Of a stretch of 60,265 nt of DNA, positions 29,094 through 38,150 are shown one piece after another. The notes beneath the pieces are model-generated. The model was not told the DNA's origin, made no database searches, and saw nothing but the letters and a program-made list of their open reading frames with translations. The stretch is from an uncultured bacterium (GTDB lineage Bacteria; Cyanobacteriota; Vampirovibrionia; Gastranaerophilales; Gastranaerophilaceae): NCBI GenBank assembly GCA_902797575.1, contig CADBTL010000007.1, positions 1-60,265 of the forward strand, given 5' to 3'. A program made the translations under genes and the position numbers. Each line of letters opens with the position of its first letter. Position 1 is the stretch's first letter.

Positions 29094-29150
29094 GGTTGAT
29101 GTTTGTAAATATTAAAACATATACTCTGTATTTTATGTTAAAATCATCCT

Positions 29151-31568
29151 ATGTTAAGGGAAGTATTATCAAAAATATATCAAAATAAAAATTTTTTAAT
29201 GTTGTTTTCTGTTGGGGTTTATTTATTAGCATTAATTGGTGTTCTTAGCGGTAAGTCTGTTTTCTTTGCAACAGTAATAACTTTGATGATGGTTTTAGCT
29301 ATTATAAAAGATTTTTTCCCGTTAAAAATAATTATTGTTTGGATATTAATATTTTATTTTGGCATTATTAATACCGGTTTAAGGTTAAAAAATAATGATG
29401 AATTGTTGAATCTTGCACCGGTAAATTCAACCATATATGGTAAAATTGTATCAATACCGCAAAATAAAGGTGATGGAAAGGTTAAATTTTTCTTTAAAGT
29501 AAATAAAATAGAATATGATAATCTTGTTCAAAAATTTAAGGATGAAAAAGTTCTTGTTACTTTAAATACTGATGATAAATTAAATATATATGATTCTTAT
29601 AAAATTAGAGGAAGATTATCAATGCCATTTAAAGCGGGTAATCCTTCTCAATTTGATTACGGAAATTATTTAAGGAATTATGGTTCTTATGCTGTTTTTT
29701 ACGGAAGAAATCCTTATTCAATGAAAGATGAAGATATTCCTTGTTATGAAAAATTCCAAAATAAAAATTCAACTATAGAAAAAGCATTGCAAAAAATAAA
29801 TAATTACAGAGAAAGTATTTTATCAGTGCATTCAAGGTATTTAAAGTCTCCTAATCTTGAAATTTTAGGTGGTATAGTTTTTGGTGATGATGCGGTGTCA
29901 CCTCCGGAAAATATTAAGCAATCTTTTGTAAATTCAGGTCTGCTTCATATACTTGCCGCATCAGGTATGAATGTTGCATTTATCTATTCTTTCTTTTTCT
30001 TAATTTTAAGATTAATAAGGGTTCCGTTTAAAATTAATGTTGGCTTATGTATGCTGGCTGTTATAACATATGTTTTAATGACAGGGTTGGGTGCATCAGT
30101 TTTAAGAGCGGCATTAATGCTTTTATTTGTTTTAGTGGGTAAATTAATAGACAGAGATGCTCATAGCGTAGCACTTTTATCTTTTGTTGCATTTCTAATG
30201 CTTATATATAATCCAATGTACATAAATGATGTCGGATTTCAGCTTTCTTTTATTGTTACATTTGGTCTTTTAATGATGACACCTTACTTATTCAAGATTA
30301 ATCATAAGGTAATTGATTGGATTATAGGAACCGTTACTATACCAATAATTGCTCAATTATGGGTAATTCCGATTCAAATTTTTTATTTTAATAATATCAG
30401 TATTTATTCTGTATTTGCAAATATAATGAGTGTACCGCTTTTGTCAGTAATAAGTTTTGGTGGATTTATAAGTTCACTTATTTCTATAATAACTCCAATT
30501 TCTGATTTTATATGCAGGATTTTTGATTTTGTTATTAATCCGCTAATAACAATACTTGTAAATATATCAGACTTTTGGGGAAATCTTCCGAATTCAACAA
30601 TGCAAACTACTCACCCAAATCCATTTCAACTAATCTTGTATTATGCAATTTTAATATGTATCACAGCTCTATTTGATAAAAATATTAGAGAAAAATTTGT
30701 TAAACAGCTATTAGCGGCAATATTGACATTATTAACAATCCTGTTGCTTTCTATGATATCTATTCCAAGTCAAAGTTTGGAAATAACAACTTTTGATGTC
30801 GGTAATGCGGATGCTTTCATGATTAAGACTCCTGATAATAGGTTTATCATGATAGATACTGCAAAAAGCGGCTATAATGGCGGAAAATCTCAAGCAGAAA
30901 TGCTTATACTTAAATATTTTAAGGATATTGGTATAAAGAATCTTGATTCAATTATTGTGACTCATTTTGACAATGACCATTGCGGTGGTGCTGTTGATTT
31001 ATTGAAAAACTTGAGTGTAGAAAAAATATATGTAAATTCTCTTACGCATAATTCCAATGCTGCTAAAGATATATATAAAACAGCCAATCAACGTAATACG
31101 GAATTGATAGAAGCAGAAAATAATCAAACCGTTTATGATAATAATGCTTTAAAAATAACAAATTTTATAGTGAAAGATGTTGCAGGAATCGGTGATAATG
31201 AAAGTTCAATAATAACTCTTCTGACTTACAATGATTTTACTATGCTATTTACAGGTGATGCAGGTGTGGAAACTTTTAATAAACTAAAAAATAAACTTCC
31301 ATCCAATATTACGATATTGAAAGTAGGACATCACGGTGCATCAGGTGTTGTCAATAAATCAATGGCAGAATATCTGCGACCGGAATATTCAATAATATCA
31401 ACCGGCGAAAATAAGTTTGGTCATCCTTCAATTTATACATTAGAGACTCTGAGAAATTCAAAAATTTTAAGAACTGATATTAATAATTCAATAAAAATTG
31501 AAGTAAAAGATAAGGTGCACAAAGTCTATACGTATAATTCCGAGAAGCGTAAATATATGTTATATTAA
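29151..31568 (+). CDS. comEC: DNA uptake competence protein ComEC/Rec2
   Basis: NP..FDY..YL, SGLLHILAASGMNV, GFQLSF, metallo-beta-lactamase domain (FDVGNAD, THFDNDH, LFTGD, KVGHHG, FGHP). Confidence 0.93.
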   Translation: MLREVLSKIYQNKNFLMLFSVGVYLLALIGVLSGKSVFFATVITLMMVLAIIKDFFPLKIIIVWILIFYFGIINTGLRLKNNDELLNLAPVNSTIYGKIVSIPQNKGDGKVKFFFKVNKIEYDNLVQKFKDEKVLVTLNTDDKLNIYDSYKIRGRLSMPFKAGNPSQFDYGNYLRNYGSYAVFYGRNPYSMKDEDIPCYEKFQNKNSTIEKALQKINNYRESILSVHSRYLKSPNLEILGGIVFGDDAVSPPENIKQSFVNSGLLHILAASGMNVAFIYSFFFLILRLIRVPFKINVGLCMLAVITYVLMTGLGASVLRAALMLLFVLVGKLIDRDAHSVALLSFVAFLMLIYNPMYINDVGFQLSFIVTFGLLMMTPYLFKINHKVIDWIIGTVTIPIIAQLWVIPIQIFYFNNISIYSVFANIMSVPLLSVISFGGFISSLISIITPISDFICRIFDFVINPLITILVNISDFWGNLPNSTMQTTHPNPFQLILYYAILICITALFDKNIREKFVKQLLAAILTLLTILLLSMISIPSQSLEITTFDVGNADAFMIKTPDNRFIMIDTAKSGYNGGKSQAEMLILKYFKDIGIKNLDSIIVTHFDNDHCGGAVDLLKNLSVEKIYVNSLTHNSNAAKDIYKTANQRNTELIEAENNQTVYDNNALKITNFIVKDVAGIGDNESSIITLLTYNDFTMLFTGDAGVETFNKLKNKLPSNITILKVGHHGASGVVNKSMAEYLRPEYSIISTGENKFGHPSIYTLETLRNSKILRTDINNSIKIEVKDKVHKVYTYNSEKRKYMLY

Positions 31569-32348
31569 TACAAATTTTTCAATAGCTTTCACAAATCCGT
31601 CATTGTTTACAGTATCTGTAATATAATCGGACACAGATTTTAATTCCTCAGTAGCATTTCCCATTGCAATTTTTATACCACCAGCTTTTAATAGTTCTAT
31701 ATCATTATTTTGATCACCAATTGTCAGAATTTCATTGTCGTTTAAGTTCCAATATTTTTGTAAAAATTTTACGGCACAGTATTTTGAAGCTTCAGGATTT
31801 GAAAATTCCAAAAAATTAGGAGTCGATTTTACAATATATAATTCCGGAAAAATTTGAGGTAGTTCTTTTTCTAATTTATCAATTTTATTAGGATTCTTGT
31901 AATCAATAGCTAATATTTTATTTACACTGTTCTTCTTTATTTTAGAAAAATCTTTAACAACATAATCAATGTTTTGACGTTTGCTATAGCGTTGAATCTC
32001 ATAATTATCAGATTCTGAATAAAGTGTATCATCGTTATACAAATTTATATGTATGTTTTCTGATTTTGCCCAAGCAATAATTTTTTCACTTTGTTCTTCT
32101 GATAAATATCTTTCGTATAATACTTGTTCGTTATTTTTAACGAGTCCGCCTTGATAAGATACGATTGGGGTTTTTAATCCTAATTCCTTTGCCACAAGTC
32201 TCGCTGCCTTATTCATTCTGCCGGTCACAAGTACGACAAGAATTCCTTTATCTTGTAATTCTTTAATGCAATCTTTTACTCTTTGAGTAAAAGGTTGTTC
32301 CGGTATTAATATTGTACCGTCTATATCAGTGGCTATTAGTTTAATCAT
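31560..32348 (-). CDS. Cof-type HAD-IIB hydrolase
   Basis: DIDGT, TGR, SK, GDQNND..L...AMGNA. Confidence 0.92.
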   Translation of the reverse strand: MIKLIATDIDGTILIPEQPFTQRVKDCIKELQDKGILVVLVTGRMNKAARLVAKELGLKTPIVSYQGGLVKNNEQVLYERYLSEEQSEKIIAWAKSENIHINLYNDDTLYSESDNYEIQRYSKRQNIDYVVKDFSKIKKNSVNKILAIDYKNPNKIDKLEKELPQIFPELYIVKSTPNFLEFSNPEASKYCAVKFLQKYWNLNDNEILTIGDQNNDIELLKAGGIKIAMGNATEELKSVSDYITDTVNNDGFVKAIEKFVLI

Positions 32349-32466
32349 AAGTATATTTTATCATAAATGATAATATGTAATATATATTCGATACTTTGGA
32401 TTTTAATAGCAAATTTTTTTTTCTTTCGGTTTTTATGTTATTAGAAAACTAAAACAGAAGGTAAAA

Positions 32467-33042
32467 ATGTATAAAGTAGTTAATATCGGTACGTATGACA
32501 ACAATCATAAATTATATGAAGTAACGAGCAATACTCGTCACGGAAAGACTAAATATCGAGAGAAAGCAACGTATATTGTCGATAATCGAGATGCTGATAA
32601 GTTTGAACATTTATATGAAAAACAAAATAAATTATATGATTATTTTAATAAATATGATAATCCTGAATTCCAAAAGAAAGCATCTCTTAAACTAAAAATC
32701 GGTACAGCTATAGGTGGTATAATTGGAGCCGGACTTCCATTATCAGTTTTTGCTTTTACGAAAAATAAAATTGCACGTACCGCAAGTGTATTGGCATCTT
32801 TTGTAGGTTTATTAGTTGGCTCTTTTTGCGGAGTTGCGTTAACAACTTGGCATGGTATTATACCAAATCAATTTAAAAATGAATTTTATAAAAATTTAGA
32901 AGAAATGAAAAATCTGAATGTCAAAAAGGTCAAAGAAGAAAAAGAAAAAATAGGCGAAATTGAATATAAAAATAGAGGATGCGGAAAAAGTCGAAAAATG
33001 ACAATTTTTCGAACTTTTTCAAATCCGGCCTCAGGTGTGTGA
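32467..33042 (+). CDS. Hypothetical glycine-zipper membrane protein; 3' end supplied by the repeat element
   Basis: IGTAIGGIIGAGL and FVGLLVGSFCG hydrophobic segments; last ~22 codons lie inside the element. Confidence 0.7.
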   Translation: MYKVVNIGTYDNNHKLYEVTSNTRHGKTKYREKATYIVDNRDADKFEHLYEKQNKLYDYFNKYDNPEFQKKASLKLKIGTAIGGIIGAGLPLSVFAFTKNKIARTASVLASFVGLLVGSFCGVALTTWHGIIPNQFKNEFYKNLEEMKNLNVKKVKEEKEKIGEIEYKNRGCGKSRKMTIFRTFSNPASGV

Positions 33043-33131
33043 AAGTCAGACTAGGTGCGGGATAGCACGTAGTCTGACTTGAAACCGTTCCCCAGAGTTT
33101 GCGGAAAAATTAAAATTTTCCCTGCAAACTC
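32975..33131. mobile_element. Palindromic MITE-like element, copy 2 (157 bp, inverted relative to copy 1)
   Basis: Reverse complement of 9354-9558 lacking the 9490-9536 module. Confidence 0.75.
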
Positions 33132-33160
33132 AATAATATAAATAGTGAAAGGACATAAAT

Positions 33161-34597
33161 ATGAAAGTTGACAAAATCATTACCCCAATTGTCAGAGATA
33201 CAGTCGAAAACGGAATAAAAAAGGCTGAAAAAGTTGTAGAAAAGCCTATTGAAGAATTTACTGGTAAAGCAGGCGATGTTGCTGGAAGAACAAAAGTGTT
33301 GCTTGATTCTAAAAAAGAAATAACATTTGAGGAACTCAGAGTTATAAAAGAAGAATTACGCAGGAAAATGGTCGATAGAAATTTTTCACAAAAAAATATT
33401 GATTATATTTTAAGTTTTACAAATAAAGATACTTGGCGAGTTGCAAAAGAACTTATAGAAGATGAATATGCACATACCTCTGAAATCACTTGGACAATTG
33501 GATATACAACAAAAGAGAATGCAGCATTGATGGAATATGCTGCAAAAATGAAAAATTATGATGCTATGGTTAATATACATCAAGCATGCTATGGTAGACC
33601 CAAAATCAATAATATTTCAGAAATAAAAGATATGCGTAAAGAAGTTATGCGGACAAGAGAAGTATATCGACCTAAAAAAAGAACCATGCCCGTAATATCT
33701 GAAGATGTTTTATACACACAAAAACAAGAAGTGTTAAATCGTTTAAAACAGACAGGTGCTGATGAAAAAACTTTAGATTACATAAAAGGGCATCTTAATA
33801 TAGAAAATATTGAAGTTGCAAGATTATTGGCAGAGGATACAAATGCAAAAGATAATATGTTAAGAGATCATTTGGAATTTATACAATGGGTAGTTCCATA
33901 TACAAATGCTGAAAATGCTGATTTAATGATAAGAGCGATACTTAATAAAGATTATACTGCAGTTTACAGTATAGAAGGCGGACTGACGAGAAGTCTAGAT
34001 ACATTAGATGCAAGATACGCTTTTTGGAAAAGAAGGGACAAAGAACTTGATAAAAACAGTCCAGATTATTATGAAAAAATTAATAAAGTTACAAAATTTA
34101 TTAATGATAAATTTTCTGATTTTATGAAAGTATTAATGGAAGATGAAGCAATAGATTTTAATTTTATAGTTAAAATTGCTGAACACTTAAACAAAGAAAA
34201 TAAAAATGCGCTTAAAAAAGCATTTATTGAAAGAGATTTTGCTACAATAGAAGAAATTTGCGGAGAAAGATTATTTTCAAAATCTTTAGACCCGACAAAA
34301 GAAAAACTAAAGTTTGAATTTAAAACAACATCTTCAAACGGCAAAATTACAAGAAATGATTTTATCAGATATATGGATGATAAATTAACTCATACTGAGA
34401 ATTTTGATGTTGCAACCCTAAAAGATTCGGAAGTCCGTAACTTAGCAAAATTATTAGGAACAACGGAAGAACAAATTAGAAATATGGATAAACGAGAATA
34501 TAGACGTTTATGTATAAAAACTCACCCCGATAGAAATCCTAATGATAATTTAGCAAATCAAGTATTTAGAATTTTAAATAGAATTTATCAAGGTTAA
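33161..34597 (+). CDS. Hypothetical repeat protein with C-terminal DnaJ-like (HPD) segment
   Basis: AAGGA SD; YRRLCIKTHPDRNPND..A...F..LN..Y at the C-terminus; internal duplicated region. Confidence 0.7.
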   Translation: MKVDKIITPIVRDTVENGIKKAEKVVEKPIEEFTGKAGDVAGRTKVLLDSKKEITFEELRVIKEELRRKMVDRNFSQKNIDYILSFTNKDTWRVAKELIEDEYAHTSEITWTIGYTTKENAALMEYAAKMKNYDAMVNIHQACYGRPKINNISEIKDMRKEVMRTREVYRPKKRTMPVISEDVLYTQKQEVLNRLKQTGADEKTLDYIKGHLNIENIEVARLLAEDTNAKDNMLRDHLEFIQWVVPYTNAENADLMIRAILNKDYTAVYSIEGGLTRSLDTLDARYAFWKRRDKELDKNSPDYYEKINKVTKFINDKFSDFMKVLMEDEAIDFNFIVKIAEHLNKENKNALKKAFIERDFATIEEICGERLFSKSLDPTKEKLKFEFKTTSSNGKITRNDFIRYMDDKLTHTENFDVATLKDSEVRNLAKLLGTTEEQIRNMDKREYRRLCIKTHPDRNPNDNLANQVFRILNRIYQG

Positions 34598-34614
34598 TAA
34601 ATGAAAGGAATGTT

Positions 34615-34962
34615 ATGGAACCGATATTAATGAAAACAATAAAATATAAACTTCCAATCACAAGAAAGACTATTGAAATACCCGAAAAAGCAAGAAATAA
34701 GGCTATAGCAGTTGCTTGTGTCTCTACTTTGGAAGCAGGCGCGGGAGCTGTGTTTACACTTGGCGGAATTGCTGCAAAAGAACCTATGTTTACAGGTGTC
34801 GGTTTAGCAATATTGGGAAAAGTTGCGGGTGGTATTGCTATGCTAAAGGGTTCTATTTGGGATTTTGCAGGTAATTTTGCTAAAAATCAAAAAGATTTAA
34901 TGAACTTAAAAAAATCATTAGAAAAAGCAGGCAAGCAGATAGATTCTAAATATTATGTATAA
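34615..34962 (+). CDS. Small hypothetical protein with hydrophobic hairpin
   Basis: AAGGA SD; Gly/Ala-rich hydrophobic core. Confidence 0.65.
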   Translation: MEPILMKTIKYKLPITRKTIEIPEKARNKAIAVACVSTLEAGAGAVFTLGGIAAKEPMFTGVGLAILGKVAGGIAMLKGSIWDFAGNFAKNQKDLMNLKKSLEKAGKQIDSKYYV

Positions 34963-35032
34963 AAAAACAAAAAGCTGCTAAAATGAAAGACAAAATTTGT
35001 TGTTGAATTATGCAAGTAGTATAATTATCAAT

Positions 35033-37015
35033 ATGGACAGAAAATTTGAGATAGTTTCCAAATATAAACCGTCAGGAGATCAGCCGAAAGCGATAGAGCA
35101 ACTTGTAGAAGGTATTACAAGAGGTGACGATGCGCAGACTCTTTTGGGTATAACAGGCTCAGGCAAAACGTTTACAATAGCAAATGTAATAGAAAAAATT
35201 CAAAAACCGACGCTTATTATAGCGCATAATAAAACGCTTGCAGCACAACTATATAATGAGTTTAAGGAATTATTCCCAAATAATGCTGTGGAGTATTTTA
35301 TTTCATATTATGATTACTATCAGCCTGAAGCATATATTCCGAGGACTGATACTTATATAGAAAAATCTGCAAGTATAAATGATGAAATAGACAGGTTGAG
35401 ACACAATACAACCAGAAGTTTGTATGAAATGAATGACGTAATAATAGTTGCATCAGTAAGTTGTATTTATGGATTGGGACTTCCTGAAAGTTATTTTAGA
35501 GGAACTATAAAAGTTTCAGTAGGAGATGAGCTTGAACGTAACGAATTAATTAAGCACCTTGTAATGACTCGTTATACTAGGAATGATGTAGAATTGGAAC
35601 GTTCTACATTTAGGGCAAGAGGTGATATTTTAGAGATAATGCCCGCTTTTGAAAAAGTCGTCACTCGTATTTATTTCTTTGGTGATGAGATTGAAAAAAT
35701 AGTCAGGATTGATCATTTAACCGGTGAAATTATAGAAGTTCCTGAAAGTGTGTACATATATCCGGCTGTTCATTATATTGCTTATGATGAAAATGAAGAT
35801 GAAACCCTTGATATGATTAGAACTGAACTCAGAAATAGAGTTGCAGAATTGGAAAATGAAAATAAAATTCTTGAATCACAAAGGCTTCAGCAGCGAGTTA
35901 AATATGATATGGAAATGATTAAAGAGATGGGATATTGTTCAGGAATAGAAAATTATTCAAGAATAATTGAACGCAGACCTGTTGGCTCAGCTCCTGCAAC
36001 GTTACTGGATTATTTTAGAGGGGATTTTTTGACGGTAATTGATGAATCACACGTTACTCTTCCTCAGTTAAACGGGATGTACCATGGAGATGCGTCAAGA
36101 AAACAAGTGCTCGTAGATTTTGGGTTCAGATTACCATGTGCAAAAGATAACAGACCGCTTAAGTGGGATGAATTTTTTGCTAAGGTCGGGCAAAAGGTTT
36201 ACATATCAGCTACGCCGGGAGAGTTTGAAAAAAATACTTCATCTCAACTTGTAGAGCAGATTATTCGACCGACCGGTCTTGTCGATCCTAAAATATCCGT
36301 AAGACCGATTGAAACACAGATAGCTGATTTAAAACAAGAAATTGCAAAACGAGCAAAAAAAGACGAAAGAGTTTTAATTACAACTTTAACTAAGCGAATG
36401 GCAGAAGATTTATGTGATTTTTTCCTGCAAGAAGGTATTCGCGTAAGATATTTGCATAGCGGAATTAAATCAATTGAAAGAGTAGAAATTTTGCGTGATT
36501 TACGTCTTGGGGAGTTTGATGTATTAATCGGTGTAAACTTACTAAGAGAAGGATTAGATATACCGGAAGTATCACTTGTGGCAATTATGGATGCTGATAA
36601 AGAAGGTTTTTTAAGGTCTGATACAAGTTTAATTCAGACAATCGGTCGTGCTGCCCGTAATGCTTGCGGTGAAGTTATTATGTATGCGGATAAAATTACG
36701 GACTCTATGCAAAGAGCAATTGATGAAACTAATCGAAGACGTGAGATTCAACTGGAACATAATAAAAAATACGGTATAATTCCTCAAACAATTAAAAAGC
36801 CGATAGAAAATAATTTACTTTCACTTGTTGCAAGTTATCGTGATTTAGAAGATATAGTTGCAGAAGAAATGGTCGATTTAGGAATAGATAAAAAAGATTT
36901 ACCGAAACTTATATCAAAACTTGAAAAAGATATGCACAAAGCTGCTAAAATACTTGATTTCGAAAGAGCTGCCGAGATAAGAGATCAATTAAAGAAATTA
37001 AGAGAAATGGTTTAA
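35033..37015 (+). CDS. uvrB: Excinuclease ABC subunit B
   Basis: [44 protein letters not shown]-terminal UVR domain. Confidence 0.98.
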   Translation: MDRKFEIVSKYKPSGDQPKAIEQLVEGITRGDDAQTLLGITGSGKTFTIANVIEKIQKPTLIIAHNKTLAAQLYNEFKELFPNNAVEYFISYYDYYQPEAYIPRTDTYIEKSASINDEIDRLRHNTTRSLYEMNDVIIVASVSCIYGLGLPESYFRGTIKVSVGDELERNELIKHLVMTRYTRNDVELERSTFRARGDILEIMPAFEKVVTRIYFFGDEIEKIVRIDHLTGEIIEVPESVYIYPAVHYIAYDENEDETLDMIRTELRNRVAELENENKILESQRLQQRVKYDMEMIKEMGYCSGIENYSRIIERRPVGSAPATLLDYFRGDFLTVIDESHVTLPQLNGMYHGDASRKQVLVDFGFRLPCAKDNRPLKWDEFFAKVGQKVYISATPGEFEKNTSSQLVEQIIRPTGLVDPKISVRPIETQIADLKQEIAKRAKKDERVLITTLTKRMAEDLCDFFLQEGIRVRYLHSGIKSIERVEILRDLRLGEFDVLIGVNLLREGLDIPEVSLVAIMDADKEGFLRSDTSLIQTIGRAARNACGEVIMYADKITDSMQRAIDETNRRREIQLEHNKKYGIIPQTIKKPIENNLLSLVASYRDLEDIVAEEMVDLGIDKKDLPKLISKLEKDMHKAAKILDFERAAEIRDQLKKLREMV

Positions 37016-37026
37016 GATATTAACTT

Positions 37027-37677
37027 TTAGTGACGTTTTCTAAATCTGGCCCAAAAACTTTTCGACTCTTGACTTTCTAACTGTTCAATTCTTTTTGAAA
37101 GTTCTTTGTTATGTTCTATAAGCTCTTTAACTTGTTGAGCCAAAATCTCATTATCACGTTTATAACCGCCTGCTTCAATTAATTTTGTTGCCATATCTGA
37201 ATTAGTAATGTCATCACTAATCTTCTTTGCAACAGCTTCCGCAAGCATTTGTAAAGTTTGGCTTGATACATCTAAAGTAAAGCTTTTTCCTTGCGGAATA
37301 GGTTCCGGCTTAATTTGTTGTGCAATTTCTTGAACTGCAAAATTATTTGATGCTTGCTCTAAACCGCCTTCAATTTCATCTCCTTTTGCATCCAATATTA
37401 CAGGTTGTACCGGTTTTGGCGGCTCTTCATATTTTTCAACTCTTGCTTCTATTTTAGCAAGTTTGGTGATAATTTGTTCGTCAGTAAATCCTTGAGCTTT
37501 AAGAGAAATGCCTCGTTTAATTTTTTCTAAGGCTAATTCATCATAGAACTCTAAGCCGTCTTCATCTTCGTAAATAGATTCTATTTTCCAATCCTGCAAA
37601 AATAAATCAAGCGAATGCCTGTCAATATAATAATTTTCAGTATTTAAACTTTTTAAAATCGATTCCCTGTTAAACAT
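37027..37677 (-). CDS. Hypothetical protein: MerR-like N-terminus, coiled coil, SFWARF tail
   Basis: FYDE.ALEKI.R.I.L..QG.T..QI pattern; C-terminal heptads. Confidence 0.6.
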   Translation of the reverse strand: MFNRESILKSLNTENYYIDRHSLDLFLQDWKIESIYEDEDGLEFYDELALEKIKRGISLKAQGFTDEQIITKLAKIEARVEKYEEPPKPVQPVILDAKGDEIEGGLEQASNNFAVQEIAQQIKPEPIPQGKSFTLDVSSQTLQMLAEAVAKKISDDITNSDMATKLIEAGGYKRDNEILAQQVKELIEHNKELSKRIEQLESQESKSFWARFRKRH

Positions 37678-37687
37678 CCGCTAATCC

Positions 37688-38134
37688 TCATCTTTTTACA
37701 AACCTTGCAATATCTCTTTCTTGTGTTTTTTTAGCTATTGCTTCACGTTTGTCATAAATCTTTTTACCTTTTGCCAACCCAATTTCTATTTTAGCAAAAC
37801 CTCTTGTTAAAAACAATTCTAAAGGAACAATTGTTACACCGTCTTTTTTTACTTTGTCCTGAATTTTTAGAATCTCTTTTTTATTTAACAAAAGCTTTCT
37901 GACTCTGTCCGGTTTATGATTGAATCTATTTCCTTGTTTGTATGGAGATATGTGCATTCCATATAAAAACATTTCGTTATTTTCAATTTTCGCAAATGAA
38001 TCTTTGAGATTAATTGCACCTTCCCGAATTGATTTTATCTCAGTTCCAGTTAGAACAATTCCTGCAATGAACTTGTCAAAAATCAAGAAGTCATGAAATG
38101 CTTTTCTATTTGTTGAAACTACTTTTTTATCCAT
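37688..38134 (-). CDS. smpB: SsrA-binding protein
   Basis: NRKAFHD, AGIVL.GTEIKSIR, RKLLL, GKK.YDKRE. Confidence 0.97.
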   Translation of the reverse strand: MDKKVVSTNRKAFHDFLIFDKFIAGIVLTGTEIKSIREGAINLKDSFAKIENNEMFLYGMHISPYKQGNRFNHKPDRVRKLLLNKKEILKIQDKVKKDGVTIVPLELFLTRGFAKIEIGLAKGKKIYDKREAIAKKTQERDIARFVKR

Positions 38135-38150
38135 ACTATTTGAATTCTTT

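Noticed and set aside
29151-31568. comEC as part of the second secretion cluster
   Set aside because: It has its own -10 box 6 nt before the ATG; adjacency alone is not evidence.
37688-38134. tmRNA, tRNA or rRNA genes near smpB or elsewhere
   Set aside because: No intergenic space beside smpB; no cloverleaf or rRNA signatures recognised.
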